A stretch of DNA of 64,000 nt from an uncultured delta proteobacterium (lineage in GTDB: Bacteria; Myxococcota; UBA727; VGSZ01). This document shows positions 29,208-38,355 of the stretch, in pieces. Below the pieces are notes generated by a model. That model saw nothing but the letters and a program-made list of their open reading frames with translations, was not told the DNA's origin and searched no databases. Made by a program: the position numbers and the translations under genes. Where the stretch lies: the NCBI GenBank assembly GCA_963775425.1, contig CAVZJB010000011.1, forward strand, positions 992,001-1,056,000, read 5' to 3'. How positions within the stretch are numbered: position 1 is the first letter of the stretch; the number at the start of each line of letters is the position of its first letter.

Positions 29208-29626
29208 TGGATGGGCTCGGCGGCCGGCCCCTTCGTCTCGGGCGCGGCCTCGCCAGTGTCGGGCACGCACACGCCCGACCGGCACGCGGCCTCGCGAGCG
29301 GAGCACGAGGGATCGTCGCTCATCTGCTGCGCGCACTGGACGGCCGCGCAGACGGGCGTGCGGCGCGCGGTGAGCGCGGCGACGTGGTCTTTGCGCACGC
29401 CGGTCTGCGCGCCGAGGGCGTTGCAGCCACAGCAGTCAACGGTGGTGAGGGTGCAGTCGGCGTCGCTGGTGCAGCGGCGATCGTCGTCGAGGACGTGCGG
29501 ATCGGGTGCGGCCTTGGCGGCGGCCACGGCGGTGTCGGTGGCGCTCGGGCCGGGCGCGGGCGGCGGCGTTTGTTTCTGGCACGCGGCGAAGCAGACGAGG
29601 GCGGCGGCGATGACGACGATGCGCAT
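29204..29626 (-). CDS. Small Cys-rich lipoprotein
   Basis: FAAC lipobox; CTSDADC..CCGC..C..C..C..C..C with 10 further Cys. Confidence 0.75.
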   Translation of the reverse strand: MRIVVIAAALVCFAACQKQTPPPAPGPSATDTAVAAAKAAPDPHVLDDDRRCTSDADCTLTTVDCCGCNALGAQTGVRKDHVAALTARRTPVCAAVQCAQQMSDDPSCSAREAACRSGVCVPDTGEAAPETKGPAAEPIH

Positions 29627-29696
29627 GCGCCGGAACGTAGCACGGCTCCCGAGCCGCGACGCACAACCTCCGGCGACGCCGCGGGGGCCGCTCAGC

Positions 29697-30578
29697 TCAC
29701 CCGCGGCGCTGGGCGTCGCGCAGCGTCGCCCCGACGACGTGCAGCGCGACGGTGGCGGCGACGAGCATGCCGGCGGGCAACAGGAAGGTGAGCGGCGCGA
29801 CCGACATGGCGTCGGCGCCGGCGGCGATGAGCGTGCCGAGCGACACCGAGGGCGCCTCGACGCCGAAGCCGAGGAACGAGAAGAAGCCCTCGGCGGCGAG
29901 CGCGCTCGGCAGCGCGAGCACCGCGTACGCGAGCAGCGAGCCGGTGGTGTGCGGGACCACGTGTCGCACGAGCACGCGTCGCCGGGGGACGCCGAGCACG
30001 CGCGCGGCCTCGACGAACGGACGGTGTCGGAGCGCGGCGAGGCGGGCGTGGACGACGCGCGCGAGGGTGAGCCACTCGATGCTGGCGATGCAGACGACGA
30101 GGATGATCCGGGCGTCGAGCAGGCGATCGAGCGCGACGGGGAGCGAAGGGCGCGCCGAGCGCACGATGACGACGAGGGTGACGACGAAGAGCGTGTAGGG
30201 CGCGACCTTGAGCGAGTCGACGACGCGCATCATGGCGTTGTCGATCCTGCGCGGCATCACCGCGGCGAGCGCGCCCCAGATGACGCCGAGCAGGAGGGCG
30301 ACGGCGGTGGCGGAGACGCAGACCGCGGCGCTGGTGGCGAGGCCGCGGAGCGTCGCGACGGCGAGGTCGGCGCCGTCGGCGGCGGTGCCGAGGAGGTGTC
30401 CCGACGACGGCGGCGCGGCGCAACACGATCCCGCGTGCGGGGGAAAGAACAGCCCGCACGCGGCGAGGACGACGAGCAGCGCGAGCACCGCGAAGCTGAG
30501 GACGACGGGACGGGAGAAGCGCTGTGGCTTGGCCTCGCTCCAGCTCGGCCGGTGCCTGGGGTCGGCGACGGCGTTCAT
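29697..30578 (-). CDS. Oligopeptide ABC permease OppC/DppC-like
   Basis: HLLGT..DG.D, IDNAMMRVVD, FVEAARVLG EAA loop, RHVVP, SFLGFG. Confidence 0.88.
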   Translation of the reverse strand: MNAVADPRHRPSWSEAKPQRFSRPVVLSFAVLALLVVLAACGLFFPPHAGSCCAAPPSSGHLLGTAADGADLAVATLRGLATSAAVCVSATAVALLLGVIWGALAAVMPRRIDNAMMRVVDSLKVAPYTLFVVTLVVIVRSARPSLPVALDRLLDARIILVVCIASIEWLTLARVVHARLAALRHRPFVEAARVLGVPRRRVLVRHVVPHTTGSLLAYAVLALPSALAAEGFFSFLGFGVEAPSVSLGTLIAAGADAMSVAPLTFLLPAGMLVAATVALHVVGATLRDAQRRG

Positions 30579-31501
30579 CGGGCGCCTCGCACGCGCGGGT
30601 CGAGGGTGCCGTACAGGAGGTCGGCGGCGAGGTTGGCGACGAGGATGAGCAGCGCGTAGCCGAGGGCGCCGCCGAGCAGGACGTTGTAGTCGCGGGCGAC
30701 GGCGGCGTCGATGACGACGGGGCCGAGGCCGGGGAGGTCGAAGACGCGCTCGACGGCGATGCCGCCCATGATGACGGCGCTCGACATCGGGCCGAGGCCG
30801 GCGACGACGGGGAGGAGCGCGAGGCGCAGCGCCCTTGCGCGGGCCCAGCGCGGGGAGACGCCGCGGGCGACGTCGGCGCGGACGCGCGCGGTGGCCTCGG
30901 GGGCGCGCAGCGCGTTCATGGTGACGCGGGCGATCTGGGCCGCGAACGCGAGCGCGAGGGCGGCGGCGGGGACGATCCACGTGGTCTTCGACAGGAGGCG
31001 CGCGGGCGTGAAGAGGCCGAGGGTGAGGGCGCCTACGAGGACGAAGAAGGGCGCGATGACGAAGCCGGGCATGGCTTCGACCACGGCGACGCCGGCGCGG
31101 ACGGCGCGCTGGCGGATGCCGGGCGCGGCGGTGGACAGGACGAGGCCCGCGCCGACGCCGACGGCGAGGGCGACGGCGAGGGCGAGGGCGGTGAGCGCGA
31201 TGGTGGAGGGCAGGGCGTTGGTGACGATGTCGAGGACGGGGGTGTTGTCGCGGAGCGATCGGCCGGTGCAACCGTCGACGTCGAAGCGCATCCACGTGGT
31301 GGTGGCGGCGATCATCTGCACGTATGCGGGCTCGCGCACGTCGCACGATGACGACAGCGCGCTCTCGACGACGGCGGGGAGCTTGCGCCACGGGTCGAAC
31401 GGCCCGTTCGGCGCCGCGCGCACGAGGAGCAACGCCGGTGCGAACGTCGCCACCAGCACGAACGGGATCGCCAGGATCCGCCGCAGCCCATAGACGATCA
31501 C
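30575..31501 (-). CDS. Oligopeptide ABC permease OppB/DppB-like
   Basis: YGLRRIL, APNGPF, GRSL, ARGVS, VERVFDLPGLG, RDYNVLLG, ADLLYGTLDPRVR. Confidence 0.88.
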   Translation of the reverse strand: MIVYGLRRILAIPFVLVATFAPALLLVRAAPNGPFDPWRKLPAVVESALSSSCDVREPAYVQMIAATTTWMRFDVDGCTGRSLRDNTPVLDIVTNALPSTIALTALALAVALAVGVGAGLVLSTAAPGIRQRAVRAGVAVVEAMPGFVIAPFFVLVGALTLGLFTPARLLSKTTWIVPAAALALAFAAQIARVTMNALRAPEATARVRADVARGVSPRWARARALRLALLPVVAGLGPMSSAVIMGGIAVERVFDLPGLGPVVIDAAVARDYNVLLGGALGYALLILVANLAADLLYGTLDPRVRGAR

Positions 31502-31650
31502 GCCGCCCCCTCGACGCCGCTTTCGTGGGGCGCGCCGTCGCCCGCCTCGTCGTGGGGCGTGCCCTGGCGGCGCGCGCGGAGCGGCCCGCCCGCGTCGACG
31601 GACGCGCGGCCCTCGGGGAGGCCGTGCCCGCACATCCACGGGGCGGTCAT
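31498..31650 (-). CDS. Possible 50-aa ORF coupled at both ends between oppA and oppB
   Basis: ATGA overlap with the oppA stop and GTGA overlap with the oppB start; no recognisable motif. Confidence 0.25.
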   Translation of the reverse strand: MTAPWMCGHGLPEGRASVDAGGPLRARRQGTPHDEAGDGAPHESGVEGAA

Positions 31651-33290
31651 CGGGCCCCCCCGGGCGAGCCGTCGACGTCGACGTCGACGGTGACGTCGCG
31701 CAGCTCCAGCGCGGTCGGCACCAGGCCCTTCACCTCGGGGGCCACCAGCGCGCCGCCCTTCGGGCCCGGCACGAAGTCCGACGCCCGCGAAAGCGTCGGC
31801 GCCAGCCCCGGCGGCAGCGCGCCGTCGAGGAGCGCGTCCACGGCGCCCGCCCGATACAGGTGCAGCGCCGTGGTCGGCCGCTTCACCCGGATCAGCTCCA
31901 CCCGCTCGACACCCGCGCGCTTTCGCTCGAACGACGTCGACGAGCGCGCGAGCTCGATGCGCTCGGGCTCGTGCAGCACCAGGCGGAAAGGTCCGCTCGT
32001 CGGCATCGCCTCCGGCACCGTCCACGCCCGCCCGAGCTCGTCTACGCTCCGCGGCGGGACCGGACGCATCACGGGCTCGGCGAACGCCAACAGCGCCTCG
32101 TCGAGCGGCGCCGCGAGCCCGATCTCGACCGTCTCGTCGTCGACGGCGTGGGCGTCCAACAGCCCCGGGTCGAACGCGAGGTCCTGCTCGGGCAGCCACG
32201 CGCGCGCCCCGGGATCGTCGACGCGCTCCACGAAGTACCAGCGGCGCTCGCGCACGGTGTCGTCGAGGTTCGCCGACGACAGCCAGCCCGAGATCCCCGT
32301 CTTCACGTCGATGGCGAGGCACGTCGGCGCCGCGGCGTCCGCGAAGCGGTCGTTGCCGCGCTCCACCACCTCCACGACGTCGTCGTCCGCGAGCAGCGCG
32401 CGCGCCGGCGCGTCCTCGTCGGGTCCCACGCGCAACGTCGGTGAGACGCCGCCGCGATCGACGACGTGCACGAGCCCCACCGCCGGGATGTGCACAGCGA
32501 CGTCGCTCGCCCGCGCCCACCCCGTGGCTCCGCCCGCCGCCCGCAACTGCACCAGCGTCACCGCCGGCTGCCTGCCGTGCCGCGGCAGCTCGCGCATGCC
32601 CGCCACCACCGCCGTCTCTCCGGCGAGCAGGGCGCCCACCGCCGGCGCGTCGAGGTCCGCCGTGGAATGAAGCGGCACCGCGACGCCACAGCAAGGGGTG
32701 CGCTCGTTGGTGTCGAACACGCGCACCGCGGTGCCGGCCGGGAGCTCCGCGTCGGAGACCACGGCCCCCGGCCCCTCGGTGAACACCGAGTAGGGCGCGG
32801 GCCTGCCGTGCGCGCCGCCGTGCGCCACGCGCAACAGCGCGCCGCGCGCGAGGTCGGCGCCGTTCTTGATCACCGACAGCGGCGTCGGGTCCGCCGTCCC
32901 CGTCGACGGGCGCAGGGCGCGTCGCCATGACCAGACCACCTCGGGCGCGCCGAGGTGCGTGTTGTCCGAGAAGCGCGCGTCCTTCTCCAGGTGCAGGCGC
33001 AGCCGGTCGCCGACCACCTCCCACGACGTCGCCAGCGAGGGGCGCGGCTCCCCGCCGGCAGGCTCCACGAGGGCCGCGAAGAGCTGTCGCGCGAGCGCGC
33101 GCTCCACCGGCGTCGTCGCGCGCGCGGGGTCGAGCTCGGCAACGTCGTCGACGATGTGCAGCCGCAGGCGATCCGTCCGCGCGCCCGCGCGCCCGAAGCG
33201 CTCGCCGGGCGCCAGGCCGCAGGCGACGACGGCGAGCGCGGCCAGGACGACACCGCAACGGGCGGGCCGGACGAGGGCAATGCGGCGCAT
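31647..33290 (-). CDS. Atypical family-5 solute-binding lipoprotein (OppA-like) with SH3-like insertions and truncated distal domain
   Basis: VVAC lipobox; ELDPA, PSLATSWE, DARFSD, VWSWRRAL; insert with SH3b-like patterns (LRVGP...LL....VEVVE, TGWAR..DV, SGWLS..NL); AVDDETVEI, TSGPFRL; ends soon after LYRAGAVD. Confidence 0.75.
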   Translation of the reverse strand: MRRIALVRPARCGVVLAALAVVACGLAPGERFGRAGARTDRLRLHIVDDVAELDPARATTPVERALARQLFAALVEPAGGEPRPSLATSWEVVGDRLRLHLEKDARFSDNTHLGAPEVVWSWRRALRPSTGTADPTPLSVIKNGADLARGALLRVAHGGAHGRPAPYSVFTEGPGAVVSDAELPAGTAVRVFDTNERTPCCGVAVPLHSTADLDAPAVGALLAGETAVVAGMRELPRHGRQPAVTLVQLRAAGGATGWARASDVAVHIPAVGLVHVVDRGGVSPTLRVGPDEDAPARALLADDDVVEVVERGNDRFADAAAPTCLAIDVKTGISGWLSSANLDDTVRERRWYFVERVDDPGARAWLPEQDLAFDPGLLDAHAVDDETVEIGLAAPLDEALLAFAEPVMRPVPPRSVDELGRAWTVPEAMPTSGPFRLVLHEPERIELARSSTSFERKRAGVERVELIRVKRPTTALHLYRAGAVDALLDGALPPGLAPTLSRASDFVPGPKGGALVAPEVKGLVPTALELRDVTVDVDVDGSPGGAR

Positions 33291-33422
33291 CTCCCCGGAG
33301 CATGCGTCGTCGACACGCCCCCGCACAACTCGACGGCCCGCACGGGGTAGAGTCGACGCCGACCGGAGGGAGCGGCGACGCTCACCGCCTTCGCAGGCGG
33401 CGCGTCGGGCCGCAGGTGATCG

Positions 33423-36400
33423 GTGATGAGGATTGCGACGTCGGCCATCCAGGAGCGCGATCGCGTCCTCGCGGACGCGCGGGCGCGCGTGCCTCGCCGC
33501 GGCGCGGGAAACGACGCCCGCATCGGAGACCTCCTCGACGTCGTGCACCGCGCCTTTGTCGCCACGCTCTCCGGCGCGGGTGTGCACCCGGGCACCGTCG
33601 ACGGGCTGCGCGGCAGCTTCGGGGCGGGCGCGCTCGTCGCCGGCGCGCAGGCGGTGGCCGACGCGCTGCGCGGCCTGGCCGAGAGCCTCGACGAGAGCCC
33701 GCCGGCGCTGCAGGCGGAGCGCGCGGCCATCAGCGACGCCCTCGACACGCTGCTCGGCCTGTTCGATCCCGACGGCGGCGATCTCCTCGACATCGACGTC
33801 GTCGAGGCGCGGCCGACGCTGGTGCAGGCGCTCTCGGAGCTCGCCAAGGGTCCGCCGTCGTCGCTCGAGGCCGCCGCCGTGCGCCCGCGTGCGCTCCTGC
33901 GCGTGCGCGCCGGGACCGCGGCCGCGGCGCGCGCGCTCGAGAGCGCGAGCATCGCGACGCTCGCCTCCACCGGCTTGCTCGCCCAGCCGAGCGCCCCCGA
34001 CGAGGCGCTCTTCGGCGCCGCCGGCGACGCCGCGGACGCCGTCGACCGCCTCGTGCGCGCCGCGGGCGTGCTGGCGGCGGGGGCGGGCGCGCACGCCGCG
34101 GAGCTCTGCTTCGCCGTCGTCGTCGTCGGCGACGAGCCCCCCGGGCCCGACGGCATCAGCGCCGTCGACGCCGTGGTGCGCGCGGGCGGGCTCCTCAGCG
34201 AGCCGGGGCTCCTCGCCCTCGACGCCGCCGCGTGGAGCGCCGCCGGCGCCGGCCTCGCGGCGGTGCCGGGCAAGCCGGGCATCGTCGAGCCCACGGCGGC
34301 GTTCGGGTACGACCGCTGGGAGCTGTCGACGCTGCTCGTGCGGCCGCGGCTCGTCGGCCGCGACGACGAGATTGGCCGCCTGACGCGGCTGTTGACGGAG
34401 CCGTCGGCCAACGACGCGCCGATGCTCGTGTCCATCCATGGGCCCGCGGGCATCGGCAAGACCTCGCTCGTGCGCGCCGCCCTGGCGGCGGCGGGGTTCG
34501 ACGACGACAGCGCGGCGGTCCTGTGGGGCGCGGCCGACGCGCTGTCGCCGACGCCGTACGCGGCGGTAGCGGCGATGCTGCGCGCGCTCGCCGGGGCGCC
34601 GGCGGGACTCAGCCGCGCCGCCGAGCGCGTGCGCCGCCTGCTCGAGGGGTTGGCCGCTCACCTGCCTGCGCGCGACGCGGCCGAGCTGGGCTCGCTGGTG
34701 CCCGTCGTCGTCACGCTGCTCGGCGCCGGCGACGACGACGCCACGGACCTCGACGACCGCGCGCCGCGCGCGCTCCGCACGGCGCTGCGCCGCGCGTTGC
34801 TCCTCGTCGCCGAGGGCCTGCTCGCCCGCGCGGACGACGAGCGCCCCGCCGTGTTCGTGGTGCCGGGCGCAGAGGCCGTCGACGGGCCCACGCGCGACGC
34901 GCTGGCGTTCACCGCGGCGCGCCTCGGGGGGCGCGCGCGGGTGGTGCTGTTGTCGTCGACGAAGGCGAAGCAGCCTCCGGGCTTCGAGAGCGGCTTTCGC
35001 GCGGAGCGCATGGAGCTCGGCGGGCTCTCGGCGGCGGTGGGGCGCGAGCTGTGCGGCCTGTTGCTCGATCGCCCCGGGCACGACGACGAGCTCGGCGCGC
35101 TCGTGGAGCGGGCGCGCGGCTCGCCGCTCGCGTTGATGCACGCGGTGCGCTTCGCCGTCGAGGGCGGCCTGTTGCGGCGCCGGGACAACCGCTGGGACGC
35201 CGGCGGCGTCGACGCGCGGGACATCCCGGCGCGCCTCGATCGCCTGCTGCGCGGGCGCGTCGAGCGGCTGCCGGTGCACGCCCGCCGGCTGCTGGCCGGG
35301 TGCGCGACCTTGGGGCTGACGCTGCTGCCGGCGGCGGTGGAGCTCGTCGGCGTGCGGCTCGGGCAGTCGCGGGACGAGGTGGCGCGCTCGCTGGCGTTCC
35401 TCGTCGACACGGGCTTCCTCGTGCGGACCTCGGTGCGGCCGGCGGCGCCGGTGTTCAAGGACGCCGTCGACGACGATCGGCCGCTGGCGTTCGAGCACCC
35501 GCTGTTGCGCGCGGCGGCCATCGCCGCCGTCGACGACGACGAGAAGCGCCGGCTGCACGCGTACGCCGCCGCCGCGCTCGAGGCGGTGGCGCCGTCGGGC
35601 GCGCAGGCGCTCGCGCCGGCGCTCGCGCGCCACCACCGGCTCGCGGGGAACGCCGACGACGCACGGGAGCGCCTGGCGGCGGCGGCGCGGCGCAGCGCGC
35701 GGCTCGACGACCGCCGCGGGGCGGCCGCGCTCGCGCGGGAGGGGCTCGCGCTGTGCGGCGACGATCCCGCGGCGTCGTTTCCGTTCTACCTGGAGCTGTG
35801 CGCCATCAAGGAGGACGGCTCGCGCGCGCAGCGGGACGCCCTGCGCGCGCTGGTCCGCTGCGCCGAGCGCTCCGGGGATCCGCGCCTGCGCGGCGAGGCG
35901 CTGATGCGCGTCGCCCGCTTCGACCTCGCCTCGGGCGACCTCGCGCTCGCCGAGAGCGCCGCCGCCGGCGCCGTCGCCGACCTCGCCCCCGACGTCGCTC
36001 CCGCCCTCGCCCCCGACCTCGCTGTCGCCCGCGCCCCCGCGGCGCCGCGCTCCTTGGAGGCCGGCACGCCGGACGCCCCCAGCGCGCCGCCGCGTGCGCC
36101 GCCGCCGCGCCCCCTCGAGGCCGGCGCGCCCGGGCGCAGAAAGCTCGCCCAGGCGCTGCGGCTCCTCGCGCTCGTGCGCTTCCACCGGCGCGACCTCGAG
36201 GGCGCCGCCGCGGCGCTCGCGGCGGCGCGGGCGTACACCCCGGCGAGCGACCGAAGGGGCCTCGCCGTCCTCGAGCACAACGAGGGGCTCGTGCTCCTCG
36301 AGCGCGGCGACGCGGTCGGCGCCGTCGAGCACCTCCTGGTCGCCCGCGCGCACCGCGTGGCCACCGCCGACGTCGCCGGCGAGGCCGCGTGCCTCGACGG

Positions 36401-37208
36401 CATCGCCGGCGCCTACGTCCGCCGCGGCCGCGCCGCCACCGCGCTGGCCCTCCTCGAAAACGCCGTGCGTCTGCGCGAGCGGATCGGAGACGGCGCCGGC
36501 CGCGCCTACTCGAAGCGCACCCAGGCCGACGTCCTGCTCACCGTCGGCGACGCGTCCGCCGCGTCCGCCGCCGCCGACGAAGCGCGCGCCCTCGCCAGGG
36601 AGCACGGCATCGATCGCCTCGAGGTCGGCGCCGCCCTCGCCGGCGTCCGCGCCCGCCTCGCCGCCGGCGAGGTCCAGGGCGCCGAAGCGCTCCTCGAGTC
36701 CGTCCGCCGTCGCGCGCGCGATCCGGCGGCGAGCGCCGAGGTCTGTCTGCTCGCGGCGCGCGTGCGCTTGTTGCGCGCCGCGTCGGCCACCGGCGCGGCG
36801 CGGGATCGGCTGTTGAAGACGGCGCTGTCGCGGGCGCAGGAGGCGGTCGCCCTCGGCGAGGAGCACGGCCTCGCCGCCGTCCAGGCCTGCGGCATGGCCG
36901 CCGCGGGCGAGGCCTTGCTCGAAAGCGGCGACAAGAACGGCGCGCTGACCTTTACGCAGCGCGCCGCGGAGCTCCTGGACGACGCCGGGGGCGCCCTCCC
37001 GCCCATCGAGGACGTCCTCGGCGCCTACGCCCGCGCCCTCGACGCCCTCGGCGACGAAGAGGAGGCCGCCGACGTCCGCTCCCGCGCCGCCGCGGCCCTC
37101 GACGAGCGCTGCGCCCGGCTCCCGCCCGCGGCGCGGGCCCGCTTCTGGGCGGCGCCGTCACGCGCTGCGTTGCGGGGTGAACGAGCGGACCCTGCGGGCG
37201 TGCGTTAG
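33423..37208 (+). CDS. Large STAND-type AAA ATPase-TPR protein with degenerate N-terminal region
   Basis: LVGRDDE, GPAGIGKTSL Walker A, ARGSPL, RVERLP, FEHPLLR, then TPR-like helices. Confidence 0.8.
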   Translation: MMRIATSAIQERDRVLADARARVPRRGAGNDARIGDLLDVVHRAFVATLSGAGVHPGTVDGLRGSFGAGALVAGAQAVADALRGLAESLDESPPALQAERAAISDALDTLLGLFDPDGGDLLDIDVVEARPTLVQALSELAKGPPSSLEAAAVRPRALLRVRAGTAAAARALESASIATLASTGLLAQPSAPDEALFGAAGDAADAVDRLVRAAGVLAAGAGAHAAELCFAVVVVGDEPPGPDGISAVDAVVRAGGLLSEPGLLALDAAAWSAAGAGLAAVPGKPGIVEPTAAFGYDRWELSTLLVRPRLVGRDDEIGRLTRLLTEPSANDAPMLVSIHGPAGIGKTSLVRAALAAAGFDDDSAAVLWGAADALSPTPYAAVAAMLRALAGAPAGLSRAAERVRRLLEGLAAHLPARDAAELGSLVPVVVTLLGAGDDDATDLDDRAPRALRTALRRALLLVAEGLLARADDERPAVFVVPGAEAVDGPTRDALAFTAARLGGRARVVLLSSTKAKQPPGFESGFRAERMELGGLSAAVGRELCGLLLDRPGHDDELGALVERARGSPLALMHAVRFAVEGGLLRRRDNRWDAGGVDARDIPARLDRLLRGRVERLPVHARRLLAGCATLGLTLLPAAVELVGVRLGQSRDEVARSLAFLVDTGFLVRTSVRPAAPVFKDAVDDDRPLAFEHPLLRAAAIAAVDDDEKRRLHAYAAAALEAVAPSGAQALAPALARHHRLAGNADDARERLAAAARRSARLDDRRGAAALAREGLALCGDDPAASFPFYLELCAIKEDGSRAQRDALRALVRCAERSGDPRLRGEALMRVARFDLASGDLALAESAAAGAVADLAPDVAPALAPDLAVARAPAAPRSLEAGTPDAPSAPPRAPPPRPLEAGAPGRRKLAQALRLLALVRFHRRDLEGAAAALAAARAYTPASDRRGLAVLEHNEGLVLLERGDAVGAVEHLLVARAHRVATADVAGEAACLDGIAGAYVRRGRAATALALLENAVRLRERIGDGAGRAYSKRTQADVLLTVGDASAASAAADEARALAREHGIDRLEVGAALAGVRARLAAGEVQGAEALLESVRRRARDPAASAEVCLLAARVRLLRAASATGAARDRLLKTALSRAQEAVALGEEHGLAAVQACGMAAAGEALLESGDKNGALTFTQRAAELLDDAGGALPPIEDVLGAYARALDALGDEEEAADVRSRAAAALDERCARLPPAARARFWAAPSRAALRGERADPAGVR

Positions 37209-37313
37209 TCTCGGATGTGACGGACGCAACTTCGTGCGGATCCCGTCGACAATGTGGGTGTCGCTCCTACGTGACCCCACCATGAGAGGCCCCAGGGTGG
37301 GGCCGGAGGCAGC

Positions 37314-38330
37314 ATGCGCTTGTTTTCGATCTTCGCTCTTTTGACCCTCGGGTCGACCGCCGCCCTGGCGCAGACCACGCCGCCGGCCGAATGGACGTGC
37401 ACGGCGAGCTTCTTCGGCAGCGACGACGGCTGCGACTGCGGGTGCGGAGCGCAGGATCCGGACTGCGCGGACAACACGGTCGCGTCCTGCGAGTTCAACC
37501 AGTGTCCGAACGACACCGAGGGCCCGACGACCGCCGACGCGACGCAGTGCGCCGCCGGCACCTGCGGCGACGGCATCAAGGACAAGGGCGAGACCTGCGA
37601 TGACGGCGACGCCGCCGCGGGCGGCGGCTGCTCCGCCGACTGCCAGACCGTCGAGGACGGCTCCACCTGCACCGTCGGCGCCGGCTGCCACACGAGCAAC
37701 ACCTGTGGTGACGGCTTCAAGGACCCCGACGAGGAGTGCGACGACGGCAACGCCACCGCGAACGACGGCTGCTCCGACACCTGCGCCGTCGAGGACGGCT
37801 TCGTCTGCGGCCACCACGCGCTCGGCGGCCCCTGCCATGCCGTGGTCTGCGGCGACGGCAACAAGGAAGGCGCCGAGGAGTGCGACGACGGCAACACCGC
37901 CGACGGCGACGGCTGCTCCTCCACCTGCACCCGCGAGGTGCCCGCGGGCTGGACCTGCGACGCCAGCTTCTTTGGCGCCGACGACGGCTGCGACTGCGGC
38001 TGCGGCGCCGTCGACACCGACTGCGCCAGCCCCGCGCTTGCCGACTGCGAGTTCGGCAGCGCTTGCGGCACCATCGACCAGGTCGATCCCAACGACACCA
38101 CCCAGTGCCTCGCCGGCGGCGAGGGTGAGGGCGAGGGCGAAGGCGAAGGCGAAGGCGAAGGCGAGGGCGAAGGCGACACCGGCGGCGAAGGCGAAGGCGA
38201 AGGCGACACCGGCGGCGGCGGCTGCTCCGGCATCGGCAGCGGCCACGCCGACGGCGCGCTCCCGTGGGCCGCGCTCGGCCTCGGCCTGCTCGGCGCCGCC
38301 ACGACCGTGCGCCGCCGTCGACGGCGCTGA
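37314..38330 (+). CDS. Myxococcus Cys-rich repeat (DUF4215) surface protein with GE repeat and MYXO-CTERM tail
   Basis: Three CGDG..E.CDDG...GCS..C repeats; two WTC.ASFFG.DDGCDCGCGA.D.DC modules; (GE)n; GGCS, TM helix, RRRRRR. Confidence 0.9.
   Translation: MRLFSIFALLTLGSTAALAQTTPPAEWTCTASFFGSDDGCDCGCGAQDPDCADNTVASCEFNQCPNDTEGPTTADATQCAAGTCGDGIKDKGETCDDGDAAAGGGCSADCQTVEDGSTCTVGAGCHTSNTCGDGFKDPDEECDDGNATANDGCSDTCAVEDGFVCGHHALGGPCHAVVCGDGNKEGAEECDDGNTADGDGCSSTCTREVPAGWTCDASFFGADDGCDCGCGAVDTDCASPALADCEFGSACGTIDQVDPNDTTQCLAGGEGEGEGEGEGEGEGEGEGDTGGEGEGEGDTGGGGCSGIGSGHADGALPWAALGLGLLGAATTVRRRRRR
38118..38204 (+). repeat. Coding hexamer repeat GGCGA(A/G) encoding (GE)n
   Basis: Runs of ggcgaa/ggcgag. 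Confidence 0.85.
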
Positions 38331-38355
38331 GCCGAAGGGCTAATGCGGCGCGTGC

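Noticed and set aside
31647-36866. 1739-aa ORF as a giant protein
   Set aside because: Only the last 547 aa are protein-like; the rest is the antisense shadow of the STAND gene.
33423-37208. Avs-type antiphage STAND system
   Set aside because: No nuclease, TIR or SIR2 effector is recognisable; the architecture fits the cyclase-AAA-TPR signalling class common in myxobacteria.
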